A DNA stretch of 64,000 bases, taken from assembly GCA_034670305.1 (NCBI GenBank), contig JAXMNT010000001.1, positions 288,001-352,000 on the forward strand, written 5' to 3'. The stretch is from Deltaproteobacteria bacterium (GTDB lineage: Bacteria; Myxococcota_A; Polyangia; Polyangiales; Houyiibacteriaceae). The position numbers and the translations under genes were made by a program. Below the pieces are notes generated by a model. It saw nothing but the letters and a program-made list of their open reading frames with translations, was not told the origin of the DNA and searched no databases. Shown here piece after piece: positions 30,736 to 41,100 of the stretch (position 1 is its first letter; every line of letters starts with the position of its first letter).

Positions 30736-31287
30736 ATGAGCCACCCGTTTTCCGGAGCTACGTTTGAACGCGTCATCGCGATGCCCCGTGCAGAGCTCGA
30801 GCAGGTGATGCTCGAGGGAGCGACGCCGCAACGCGCGCATCTGGCCGGGTTCGAGTTTCGCGGCTTCAACCCGCCGGCGTTCGCGAAGGCGCTTGGGTTT
30901 CAGAAGTTCATCAAGGGCTTCTTCGTCGACGCGGGCGATCAGCTGGCCGGATACAACCTCTTCGTCCGCGACGCGCGCAAAGGCCCTTCGGCGCCATGGG
31001 TCGCGAAGAAGGATGGTGGCCCATCCACCCGGCATGGCTTCTACGACGTGGTGCCGGTCAAGTCGGGCGGGCGCTACAGCGACTTCCCGAACGCGGTGCT
31101 GCTGGACTACGGGAGCGGGCGCAACAAACCGCTCGATCCGGAAGGGCGCATCCGCGACTTCCTCGTGCAGGTGGATCCGGACAACCCGGACCTCTACCTC
31201 GGCAAGGCGTTTCTCGACCTCGGGCTGACCCGCGTGTTCGCCAACTTCTTCATCATCGAGCGGCTGCGCGAAGCACCGCCTGGCTAA
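30736..31287 (+). CDS. Hypothetical protein
   Basis: Typical codon usage; FQKFIKGFF, LLDYG, IRDFLVQVDP, LYLGKA. Confidence 0.7.
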   Translation: MSHPFSGATFERVIAMPRAELEQVMLEGATPQRAHLAGFEFRGFNPPAFAKALGFQKFIKGFFVDAGDQLAGYNLFVRDARKGPSAPWVAKKDGGPSTRHGFYDVVPVKSGGRYSDFPNAVLLDYGSGRNKPLDPEGRIRDFLVQVDPDNPDLYLGKAFLDLGLTRVFANFFIIERLREAPPG

Positions 31288-31626
31288 CTGGCAGCCTGCC
31301 CCTTGCCCCTGCCCTTGCCTTTGCCCTTGCCCGCGGATCAGCGGTCAGATCCTGATCAGCGCGACGAGCATCGCGACGACCTGCTTGAGGTGGGCGAGAG
31401 CCCGTTCGATATTTCTTGGTTCGCCGCCTACCTGGCCGGCGCCGCATTACAACCTCCTACGCGTCGCGCGGCTGCGGAGCTGCGCCGCGTAGCTGCCCGG
31501 CGGCTTCGTCCGCTGGGCATCAGGCTCCGATTCGCCGTCGCGAAAACACACGGCGTCCACGACGCGGGCAAGGGCACGGGCAAGGGCAACGGCAAGGGAG
31601 CAGGTCGCTTTTCAGCGACCTGCTAG
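31288..31626. mobile_element. Internally deleted copy of the 10445-11114 IS5-like element
   Basis: Near-identical to about 10479-10612 joined to about 10896-11114; right end TTTTCAGCGACCTGCTAG; left TIR lost. Confidence 0.8.
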
Positions 31627-32291
31627 AGGCGAACGGCGTCGAGCTCGACTTCGGCGAAGCTGCCGGTGTCGCTGATGCGGACGCGGCGTGCGAAGAAGTC
31701 GACGTCCACCGCCGGGTCGCCGTCTGAGTCGGTGTGGCTGGTGTCGAGCGCGCGGGTGGGCACGCCGTCTTCGATCTCGCACGGCGCGTAGCCGGCCGAC
31801 TGACCTTCGTCGGGGTAGAGCACGACGCCATCGCACATCACGCGCACCAGACAGTTGAACTGGCGGGCACGCACCGGCAGCACGCGCACACTGCACATGG
31901 CGCCATGCGACGGCCCGATCCCGTTCGCGGTCGTCAAGCGCCCGCGGATGGTGGTGGGTCCGAACGGCGCGCCGGTCCCCGCGTCCTGGGTACCGTAGCT
32001 CCGGCGCATCGCGAACATCTGGGGGTCTTCGGTGGTCTCGTTGGCTGCCGCGTAGTTCGCCGGATCGCCGTGCATCGGTCGGCCGGTCGCCGAGGACACG
32101 CCGCCCGTGGCGCCTTGCCAAGGCACGCCTGCGTCGAGGTCGCCGGTTCGCCACGCGAGCTCGGTGTCGTCCACTGCCGCACCACGTTCGCTGACCATGT
32201 CGGAGCCGAGCACCAACCACAGACTCGATCCGATCCCTGCGAGCACCAGAAGTGCGAAGGCCCAGAGGGAAGGTCGGATGGAATCATTCAT
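31623..32291 (-). CDS. Hypothetical membrane-anchored protein
   Basis: Single N-terminal TM, Cys-containing C-terminal domain. Confidence 0.6.
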   Translation of the reverse strand: MNDSIRPSLWAFALLVLAGIGSSLWLVLGSDMVSERGAAVDDTELAWRTGDLDAGVPWQGATGGVSSATGRPMHGDPANYAAANETTEDPQMFAMRRSYGTQDAGTGAPFGPTTIRGRLTTANGIGPSHGAMCSVRVLPVRARQFNCLVRVMCDGVVLYPDEGQSAGYAPCEIEDGVPTRALDTSHTDSDGDPAVDVDFFARRVRISDTGSFAEVELDAVRL

Positions 32292-32470
32292 GAGGTGACA
32301 GTGAGACAACGCGCAGGTCGAAGAGTTCTTTCACCCAATGGAACGTTTCTTCCCCCACACCTTTGTTCCCTGCGGCCCGATGCCAAGACCGCATCCCTCT
32401 CGAACGCTCGCGCCCGGCGATTTTTGAGATGTGTTCTGGCCTGGCCGACCGTCCACGCTAGCATGCGCCC

Positions 32471-33283
32471 ATGTCTCTCGTGACCCTTCGAACCAGCGCT
32501 TTGTGCGCGCTTCCCCTTCTGCTCGTCAGCTGCCGCTCGGCCGAGCCCCGCGAGACGCCGCGCGTCATCGAGGATCCGGAAACGGGACAGTCGGGAATCG
32601 TCGCGCCGCAGACCCCCGCCCACATGATCGGGGCGCCGCAGCGGCCGACTCCGCCCCCGCGCGCCGATCAAGCCAACCACTTTCAACCGACCCAACAGCC
32701 GGCTCAGGCGGCACCGCATCCGGGGTTGCGCAACCCTTCGCTCGCCACCGAGCAAGCGCCCGCCACCTACGCGGTCGAGCTGAACACGACCAAGGGACCA
32801 GTCGTCATCGACGTCACCCGGAGCTGGGCGCCGAACGGGGCCGACCGCTTCTACAACCTCGTGCGGGTCGGGTACTTCACGGACGTCGCGTTCTTCCGGG
32901 TCATCGAAGGGTTCATGGCCCAGGGCGGCCTCTCAGGAGACCCGGCGTTGAACCGCGTGTGGCGTGCCGCCTCCATCCCCGACGATCCCGTTCGTCAGAG
33001 CAACCTCCGCGGCATGGTCACCTTCGCGACCAGCGGACCGGACTCGCGCAGCAACCAGTTCTTCATCAACTTCGGCAACAACGCGCGACTCGACGACATG
33101 GGCTTCTCGCCCTTCGGTCGCGTGCGCGACATGGCGGCGGTCGATGGCTTCTTCAAGGGGTACGGCGAAGGCGCGCCGCGCGGTCGCGGCCCGAACCAGG
33201 CCCTCATCCAAGAGCAGGGCAACACCTACCTGCGCGCCCAGTTCCCGAACCTCGACTACATCCGCAGCGCCCGCATTCTCTAG
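32471..33283 (+). CDS. Cyclophilin-type peptidyl-prolyl isomerase (lipoprotein)
   Basis: TTKG..WAPNGADRFYNLV, FFRVIEGFMAQGG, SRSNQFFIN, GFSPFGRV. Confidence 0.93.
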   Translation: MSLVTLRTSALCALPLLLVSCRSAEPRETPRVIEDPETGQSGIVAPQTPAHMIGAPQRPTPPPRADQANHFQPTQQPAQAAPHPGLRNPSLATEQAPATYAVELNTTKGPVVIDVTRSWAPNGADRFYNLVRVGYFTDVAFFRVIEGFMAQGGLSGDPALNRVWRAASIPDDPVRQSNLRGMVTFATSGPDSRSNQFFINFGNNARLDDMGFSPFGRVRDMAAVDGFFKGYGEGAPRGRGPNQALIQEQGNTYLRAQFPNLDYIRSARIL

Positions 33284-33370
33284 GGAGTGTCTTCAAAGCC
33301 GGGCGAAGCCGGGCGTACGTAGACGCGCACGTAGGCCGGGCCCTACGGCCCGACCCGTTGAAGACACTCC
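33284..33370. mobile_element. 87-bp miniature inverted-repeat element
   Basis: Perfect TIR GGAGTGTCTTCAA / TTGAAGACACTCC, flanked by CTAG (cyclophilin stop) and CGAG. Confidence 0.6.
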
Positions 33371-33439
33371 CGAGTCGGCGAAGCTCAACGGTGCGGGACA
33401 GTCCGCTGGTCGAGCGTCCACCTCTGATACAATCGCGCG

Positions 33440-34450
33440 GTGTTTCCGCGGATCGTCCTGCTCTTGGGGGCTTCGGTGCTGGCTGCATTCGGCGCAGAGG
33501 CACGCGAAGGGGAGGGTGACCAAGGTGTCGACGCTGAAGTAGACGTCGCTGAGTCCGCCGCTGAATCCGACGCCGTAGCCGAAGCCGATGCCGATGCCGA
33601 ATCCGACGCCGATGGCGAAGCCGAAGCCGATGCCGAAGCCGAAGCCGCAGCCGAAGCCGATGCCGATGCCGATGCCGATGCCGATGCCGATGCCGATGCC
33701 GACTCTTTGGAGCGTGCTTGGTTGCCGGAGACGCGAGACTGCCGCCGGCGGGGGCGAAGGCGCTACTGCGATGGGCCGCGGATCATGCCCGCGCCGCAGG
33801 GCGCTGCGGCCGAGCGGGCCCGCACTTGGAACCTGAACACGCGCGACAGCTACTACGAGATCCTGGGCCACGCGGCCGATCCCAACCTGCTCGCGAGCGT
33901 CCAGGGCACCGCCGAAGAGACGCTGCAGTGGCCGGTGCCGCGCGGGTTTCCTGGTCGCGGTTTCGGGTACACGCGGCGGGCGCGCCTCGCCGACCGCATC
34001 CACCGGGGACTCGACATTCCGGCGGACGAAGGCGCCGACGTGTTGGCCGCGAACGCCGGCTTGGTGATCTACGCGGACAACCAGATGCGCGGGTACGGCA
34101 ACTTGATCGTCCTGCTGCACCCCGACGACACCCGCACGCTCTACGCCCACCTCTTGGACGGGCAGGTGGCCGCGGGGGAGTTCGTGGAACGCGGTCGGTT
34201 GATCGGGCACGTCGGGGAGACCGGGCTCGCGCGCGCACCGCATCTGCACTTCGAGTATCGAAAGCGCGCGGTGCCCCGCAATCCGATTCGCCGGTTCGCG
34301 GACCGGCCCGATGCCGAGACCGTCGATGTGCTGCAACGTGAACAGGCGGCGCGCCGTCGCGAGAGCGAAGCCCGACTCGCGGAAGCCCGCGCCCGAGCGG
34401 AACGGAACGCTGCCCGCCGCGCCGCCCGAGCCGCTTCCCCAGGCAGCTGA
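33440..34450 (+). CDS. M23-family metallopeptidase with acidic (AD/AE)n linker
   Basis: HRGLD, GYGNLIVLLH, YAHL, PHLHFE; signal peptide. Confidence 0.88.
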   Translation: MFPRIVLLLGASVLAAFGAEAREGEGDQGVDAEVDVAESAAESDAVAEADADAESDADGEAEADAEAEAAAEADADADADADADADADSLERAWLPETRDCRRRGRRRYCDGPRIMPAPQGAAAERARTWNLNTRDSYYEILGHAADPNLLASVQGTAEETLQWPVPRGFPGRGFGYTRRARLADRIHRGLDIPADEGADVLAANAGLVIYADNQMRGYGNLIVLLHPDDTRTLYAHLLDGQVAAGEFVERGRLIGHVGETGLARAPHLHFEYRKRAVPRNPIRRFADRPDAETVDVLQREQAARRRESEARLAEARARAERNAARRAARAASPGS

Positions 34451-34634
34451 CCGGCAGCTGACCAGGCACCTGACCCGCGCAGCCACGCAGCGCCACGCAG
34501 CGTCACGCAGCGCAGCGGATCCACGCGGCGGTCGACCCTGCCGGCTCGACGGTCCGGTGTCGTATGCTATCCCACACGCTTGGCCGCCAAGGCGGCCGGC
34601 TGCCCGAGGTTTGGGAGCCATTCGAGGTCATTTC

Positions 34635-36392
34635 ATGCGTTCCCTGTTCCGCTACTGCCTTTCCTTCGCTCTTCTTGCGGGCTGCGTCGCCGATGCGGCG
34701 CCCGAAGAAGCGGGGTCCATCGTGCCGCTGGTCGACGGCGGGAGCCCGGAGGAAGCCGGCATCGTCGCGTTCCTCAACGATGCGGCGACCACGCAGGTCC
34801 TGCTCGACGACGACGTGGGGCTCGACCGCCGCGCGGCTTCGAACCTCATCCGCCGCCGCGACGACGCACCCTTCGAGAACATCGAGCAGGTGGACGCGGT
34901 CGCGTACGTCGGCCCGACCGCCCTGCAGAAGCTGCTCGACTGGGCCCGCAACGAAGGCTGGATCGAGACCGAGACGACCGACCGCGACGCGGCCATCCTC
35001 GCGCTCGTCAACGACGCCGACACCGATCTGGTGTTGCTCGACGACGACGTGGGGCTCGATGCCCGGGCGGCGCGGAACATCATCGACGCGCGTGCCGGCG
35101 CCGACCTGACCCTCGGCACCGCGGACGACGAGACCATCGCCAGCATCGCGGCGCTCGACGCGATCTCCTACGTCGGGCCAAGTGCGCTCGACAAACTCGC
35201 GACCTACGCGCTCGCGAACGGCTACGGCGAAGGGGAACCGCCGCCGCCCACCGGAACGGGCTGCGCGATCATCAGCGAGTACCTCGAGGGCTCCGGCAAC
35301 AACAACAAGGCCGTCGAGGTCTTCAACTGCGGCACCGACGCGCTCGATCTCTCGACCCTCTCGCTCTGCCTCGTGCGCAACGCGGACACCACCTGCGGCG
35401 CGACCAGCGCACTCGGCAGCGGCATGCTCGCGCCGGGGGCGGTGTGGACCGTCTGCCGCACCTTGGAGGGCACCCTCAACGATCCGTACACGTCGCTCAC
35501 CAACCGCTGCGACCAGCCGGTCGGCAGCGCGGTCTACTTCAACGGCGACGACCGCTTGGTGCTCTTCGACGACCTCGACACCGACGGCGCGCTCGGTGGT
35601 GAAGACACCGTCTACGACGTCTTCGGCGACACGATGGTGCGACCGAGCGACACGATCTGGGCGGAGCGCAGCCTGCGCCGATGCCGCCTCGAGCCGCACG
35701 CGGACGGTCCCTTCGACATGGACGACTACTTCACCCAGCACGGCTCGAGCGACTCGACCCACTTCGGTCTGCCGCCGAACGACGACTGCGGCGAGCGGCA
35801 CGTCGGCGCGGAAGGCGACGACTGCCTCGCGCACGAGGGCTGCGCCGAAGGACTGCGCTGCTACGGCCGGCCGAACGACGGTTCGACGCCGTACGGCAAG
35901 TGCATCGACACCACGCCCATTCCGGGCGAAGGCGCGACGTGCGACCAGTACACCCCGTGCGCCGAGGGACTCATCTGCGCTGGCTGGACGCTCTGGGGCG
36001 AAGGCAACTGCAACCCCGGCTGGATGGCGGGCCGGTACCGCTCCGAAGGTCCGGCGCCGATCCACGATCCGCCCTCCGGTGGCATCGCCCCGTCGGTGAC
36101 GGTCTACGGACTCGCGTCGGTGCCCGTCGACATCGAGGTGATGCTGCACATCGACCACCCGCGGCCGCAGGATCTGCGTGTGACGCTCTTGGATCCTTCG
36201 GGGACCGACGCGGTGCTCTGGGACCAGACGACCGAGCTCGAGGAGTGGAGCCGCAGCTTCGTCACGACGGGCAACATCTCCCGCGACGACGAGGTCAATG
36301 GACGTTGGCACCTGCGCATCGAAGACCTGGTCGCGGGTCAGACCGGCGTCTGGCACGAGTGGTCGCTCTTCGTCGTCTCGCGCTGGGACTGA
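34635..36392 (+). CDS. Multidomain lipoprotein: two HhH-like repeats, lamin-tail domain, Cys-rich region, proprotein-convertase P-domain
   Basis: Lipobox LAGC; duplicated LLDDDVGLD.RAA.NI/L...D.V/I.YVGP.AL.KL; IISEYLEGSGNNNKAVEVFN; HPRPQDLRVTL..NGRWHLRIED. Confidence 0.8.
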   Translation: MRSLFRYCLSFALLAGCVADAAPEEAGSIVPLVDGGSPEEAGIVAFLNDAATTQVLLDDDVGLDRRAASNLIRRRDDAPFENIEQVDAVAYVGPTALQKLLDWARNEGWIETETTDRDAAILALVNDADTDLVLLDDDVGLDARAARNIIDARAGADLTLGTADDETIASIAALDAISYVGPSALDKLATYALANGYGEGEPPPPTGTGCAIISEYLEGSGNNNKAVEVFNCGTDALDLSTLSLCLVRNADTTCGATSALGSGMLAPGAVWTVCRTLEGTLNDPYTSLTNRCDQPVGSAVYFNGDDRLVLFDDLDTDGALGGEDTVYDVFGDTMVRPSDTIWAERSLRRCRLEPHADGPFDMDDYFTQHGSSDSTHFGLPPNDDCGERHVGAEGDDCLAHEGCAEGLRCYGRPNDGSTPYGKCIDTTPIPGEGATCDQYTPCAEGLICAGWTLWGEGNCNPGWMAGRYRSEGPAPIHDPPSGGIAPSVTVYGLASVPVDIEVMLHIDHPRPQDLRVTLLDPSGTDAVLWDQTTELEEWSRSFVTTGNISRDDEVNGRWHLRIEDLVAGQTGVWHEWSLFVVSRWD

Positions 36393-36414
36393 TGCGGAGC
36401 GAGGCAACCGTTCG

Positions 36415-37284
36415 ATGAGGTACGAAGGCCGCATCTACCGTCCGCCCTCGGAGGCGGACGCGTTCATCCTCCAGGCGACGATCGGGTGCAGCCACAACCT
36501 CTGCACCTACTGCGACATGTACCGGGCGAAGTCGTTCCGGGTGCGCGACCTGCAAGAGACCTTGGCCGACATCGACGCGGTCGCGGCGGAGGTCGGGGAC
36601 CGGGTCGAGAAGGTCTTCGTCGCGGACGGGGACGCGCTCGTACTTCCGATGGACCACTGGGTCCCCATCCTCGAGCGCTGCCGCACGTCGTTCCCGCGCC
36701 TGCGCCGGGTGAGCTGCTACGCGATGGCCCGCAACGTCGCCGGCAAGACCGACGCTGAGCTCTCGCAGCTCCGGCAGCTCGGGCTCACCACGCTCTACAT
36801 CGGTCCGGAGAGCGGCGACGACCGGACCCTGAAACGCATCGTGAAGGGCGACACCTTCGACGGTCACGTGGAAGCAGCGCGCCGGGCCCACGAGGCGGGT
36901 TTGAAGCTCAGTGTGATCGCCCTGCTCGGCATCGGCATGGACCGCTCCGACGAACACGCGCGCGCGACCGCGAAGCTGGTCACCGAGATGGACCCGGCGT
37001 ACTTCGCCGCGTTGACGGTCACTGTGGTCCCGGGCACGCCGCTCGCGAAGTTGAGCCAGAAGGGCCGCTTCGAAGTGCCCCCGATCGAAGGCCTGCTCGG
37101 CGAGCTGCGGACCATGGTCGATCTGGCCCGCCCGACGGACGCGATCTTCCGAACCAACCACGCCAGCAACTACCTCCCGCTCGGCGGCCGGCTCCCTCGC
37201 GACCGGGCGCGCATCGTCGAAGTCATCGACGCGGCCCTCGCCGGCACCATCCCGCTGAGACCCGAACGCCACCGCGGGTTGTAG
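36415..37284 (+). CDS. Radical SAM protein
   Basis: YRPPSEA..GCSHNLCTYC (CxxxCxxC), GPESG, FRTNHASNY. Confidence 0.92.
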   Translation: MRYEGRIYRPPSEADAFILQATIGCSHNLCTYCDMYRAKSFRVRDLQETLADIDAVAAEVGDRVEKVFVADGDALVLPMDHWVPILERCRTSFPRLRRVSCYAMARNVAGKTDAELSQLRQLGLTTLYIGPESGDDRTLKRIVKGDTFDGHVEAARRAHEAGLKLSVIALLGIGMDRSDEHARATAKLVTEMDPAYFAALTVTVVPGTPLAKLSQKGRFEVPPIEGLLGELRTMVDLARPTDAIFRTNHASNYLPLGGRLPRDRARIVEVIDAALAGTIPLRPERHRGL

Positions 37285-37294
37285 CCCCGCCACG

Positions 37295-37440
37295 GGGTCG
37301 GCTTCGGGGTCGTCGGGTTCTGGTTCGGCTTCGGCGTCTGCTTCGGCTTCGGCTTCGGCATCGGGGTCGGCATCGGCATCGGCATCGCGGTCGGCATCGG
37401 CCTCGGCATCAGCATCGGCATCGCGGTCGGCCTCGGCGCC
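37295..37440. repeat. Degenerate hexamer array (TCGGCT/TCGGCA/TCGGGG)
   Basis: 6-nt period directly after radical SAM stop. Confidence 0.88.
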
Positions 37441-37603
37441 CCTTTCCGCACCGAATCCTGTTCTGACGTAGGCTCCCGGCTGGGCTGACCGCTCTCTGAA
37501 AGGGCGGCGGGGAAGGGCTCAGACCTCCTTGGGAGGCTGGGCCGAGACGCGGATCGAGAAAATCCGGTCACGAAGTTCGGACACGTGGCCACGTGGGGGT
37601 GTG

Positions 37604-38176
37604 ATGGCAATCGAATCAGGATCCGCGTCCAGCGGAGTCGAGGCGGACCCGATCGCGGTCCTCATCCACGCGGGGCGGCATCGCGAAGCCATCTCCGAGT
37701 GCGTGAGGCACCACGGGGCACCGGTGGGTCGGATGTGCATGGCGCTCTTGGGGGATCAGGCGGAAGCCGAAGAGACCCTCCAGGAAGCCATGCTCGCGGC
37801 CTATCAATCCATGGCGACCTGGCGCGCCGAAGGCAGCGTGCGGGCGTGGCTCTACGGCATCGCCCGCCGCATGTGTGCGCGGCGACTTGCCAAACGGGTC
37901 CGCCGAGAACGCCGCCTTCGGCTCGTGCACGACGCCGGCACCACCGCCGCCCTTCCGGACGCGGTGGTCGAGACGCGTCGGCGTGCCGCAGCGCTGAGAG
38001 AAGCGCTCGAGGAACTCAAACCCTCTGACCGCGAAGCACTCCTGCTTCGCTACGAGAGTGGTTTGAGCTTCCGGGAGATCGCCGCGGTCTGCGGCATCGA
38101 TGAACCCGCGGCCCGCAAACGCGCCAGCCGTGCCCTCGTGCGCCTCCGCACCCTCCTTCCCCAAACCGAACTGTGA
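37604..38176 (+). CDS. ECF-family RNA polymerase sigma factor
   Basis: AEETLQEAM..SVRAWLYGIARR; REALLLRYESGLSFREIA..RKRASRA. Confidence 0.92.
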   Translation: MAIESGSASSGVEADPIAVLIHAGRHREAISECVRHHGAPVGRMCMALLGDQAEAEETLQEAMLAAYQSMATWRAEGSVRAWLYGIARRMCARRLAKRVRRERRLRLVHDAGTTAALPDAVVETRRRAAALREALEELKPSDREALLLRYESGLSFREIAAVCGIDEPAARKRASRALVRLRTLLPQTEL

Positions 38177-41100
38177 GCCGCGCCATGAGTGACCTGGAAA
38201 CCTTCAAAGACGAGCTCGCCGCCGTCGTCGACGGAGACGCCGCGGCCCTCGAACGTTTTGCCGACCTGCTCGCCGACTCGGACGAAGCCCGCGATCTGCG
38301 CCACGAAGCCAGCCGCGCCGCTGAGAAGGTGCGTGAGGCCGGGGCCGACTTCGAGATGCCCGCCGATCTCGAAGCGCGGGTGCTCGCGGCGATCGACGCC
38401 GTCGCCCATCCCGAAGCCACGCCGGCAGAGCCGGCCGCCGGGCAGACCGAAGTCTCGGGATTTGCGCCCACCGGTGCGATGCCGGTGACCGAATCCCCGC
38501 ACGTCGCCGAGCCCGTGGCGGCCGCGAAGTCGCCCTCCATTCCGGAAGCCGACGCCCGCTGGGCCGGCGGCAAGACCGCGCCCCCCGCGGAATCACAGGC
38601 GCCCCAGACTGCGTCGTCGTCGGCCGACACGCAGGTGGACGCGGCGCCGACGCCCATCACCAAGAAGCGCCCGCGTGCGCCGATGATCTTCGGCGGGGTC
38701 GTGCTCGCTGCCGCCGCATCGGTCGGTCTGTACTTCGGCATCGACGCGATGAATGGAGACACCTCCGAGACGGTCGCGGCTGGCGACGGACTCACCGGCA
38801 CCCTCGCTCGGGTCGCGCGCTCCGCCGACGACCAGGTGAGTGGCGTGAGCCTCGACGGCGCGCCGATGGGTGAAGGCCAGGCCATCGCGGCTGGCAGCAC
38901 CATCGTCACCGACGCCCGCTCCCGGGCGCGCATCGATCTCAGCGACGGTTCGCAGATCGTGGTCGACCAGGACAGCGCGGTCGTCATCGGCGCGAACGGA
39001 CGCAGCGTGAATCTGCAGCGTGGGCAGTTGCTCGCCGAGGTCGCGCACCTCGAAAACGGCCCGCTGGCCACCTACGAGACGCCCTCCGGCGTCGTGCAGG
39101 TGCTCGGCACGAAGTTCCTGCTGACCGCGAGCGACGACCGCGCGTCGGTGCGCGTGACCCGCGGCGCGGTGCGGGTGCACGCGAACGGCGAGAGCGTCGA
39201 AGTGAAGACCGGCCAGGAAGGCCTGATGCGCGCGGGCGGCAACCCCCACGTCGTACCGGCGGTCGACCTCGCCGGCAGCGTGGCTTGGTCCGAACTCGAC
39301 CCGAACCAAGCAGACGATGTGCCGGTGCCGGGCATCGGCGAACTCCGCGCCCACAAGCCGGGCGAGCGCGAGGACTCGGAGCGACCGCTCACGCTCGCGC
39401 ACCACCGGGTGAGCGTGCGCATCGTTGGCAACGTCGCGCGCACGGAGATCGAAGAGACCTTCCGCAACGACAGCACCGACGAACTCGAAGGCGTGTACCG
39501 CTTCCCGCTCCCGCCGGATGCGCGCATCGCCTCGCTCGGCCTCGAAGTCGACGGCCGCTGGGAACAGGGCGCCTTCGTCGCGAAGGACCGCGCCCAGCAG
39601 ATCTGGCGCGGCGTGATCCGCAACGCGACGCCGGAGAGCCAGCGTCAGCAAGAAGAGTTCATCTGGGTCCCCGGTCCCTGGCACGACCCGGCGCTGCTCG
39701 AGTGGCAGCAGGGCGGACGTTTCGAACTCCGCATCTTCCCGATCGGTGCGCAGAGCGAACGCCGCGTGCGCATCTCCTACGAGCAGACGATCGCACCCCA
39801 CGGCGAGGGCCGCCGCTACGTGTACCCGCTCGCGCACGCCGAAGACGAGTCGACCCGCGTGGGTCACTTCGAAGTCGACATGCGCATCGCCGGCGACGCG
39901 CAGCCGAAGGCGCGCGGCTACGAGATGACCCGCGAAACCGAACGCACCGGCAGCGCCACCGCCGAACGGATGCGGTTCAGCGCTCAGAACTTCCGCCCTT
40001 CGGGCGACCTCGTGGTCGACTACCAGACCCCGGGCGACGACGCGGAGATGCAGTACTGGACCTATCGGGGCCAGGCGACCGCGGCTCCGGTCGAGCAGAG
40101 CCGCGAAGGCGACGAAGCGGTCATCCGCGAACAGCGCCGCCTCCACGAAGACGGCCGCGGGTACGCGGTGTTCGCGCTGCGTCCCGAGCTTCCGGGCTGG
40201 GCCGCCGCCGAGTCGCGCGACTACATGATTCTGGTCGATGCGTCTCAGAGCATGATCGGCGAACGCTACGCCCGGGCGCAGCGCCTGGTCGAAGGCATGA
40301 TCGGCGAGATGGATCGGCGCGACCGCGTCACGGTCCTGGCCTGCGACGTGGACTGCCGCGCGCCGGACGGCCCGCTTGCGGTGCCGAGCTCGGCGACCGC
40401 CGCCGCGATGCGCGAGTTCCTCGAGAAAGAAGACCCGGCCGGCGCGTCGGATCTCGTCGCGTCGCTTCGAAGCGCGCTCGAACACGCCAGCCGCATTCGC
40501 GGCCAGGGCAACGATCGCGAGCTGCACGTGGTGTACGTCGGTGACGGCATGGCATCGGTGGGTCCGCGCCACGCGGGTTCGCTCGGTGCCGAGTCCGAAG
40601 CGATGATGGCCGGTCGGGGCAGCTTGACCACCGTCGGCATCGGCCAGGACGCGGACACGAACGTGCTCCGCGAGATGGCCCGCGGCGGTGCCGGACACTA
40701 CGTGCCCTTTGTGCCCGGACAGCGCACCCGTGCGGCGGCGCTCGCCGTGCTCGAGACGACCTACGGCGTCGCACTCGAACGGGCGACCATCGAGATGCCA
40801 TCGGGCGTCGCCGAGATCTCGCCGGCTCAGCTGCCGACGATTCGCTCGGGCCAAGAAGTGCTCGTGGCGGCCCGACTCGACCGCAACGACGTCGAGGGCG
40901 AAGTGGTCCTCCGCGGCAAGGTCGGCGGCCGGCCCTTCGAGCAGCGCTACCCGGTGAACCTCACCGCGAGCACCGCCGCGGGCAACGCGTTCGTGCCGCG
41001 CCTCTGGGCCGCGGCCACCATCGAAGCGCTCGACCTGAAGGGTCAGAGCGAAGACACGTCCCGCATCGTGGCGCTCTCCAAGGGGTTCGGCGTGATGTCG

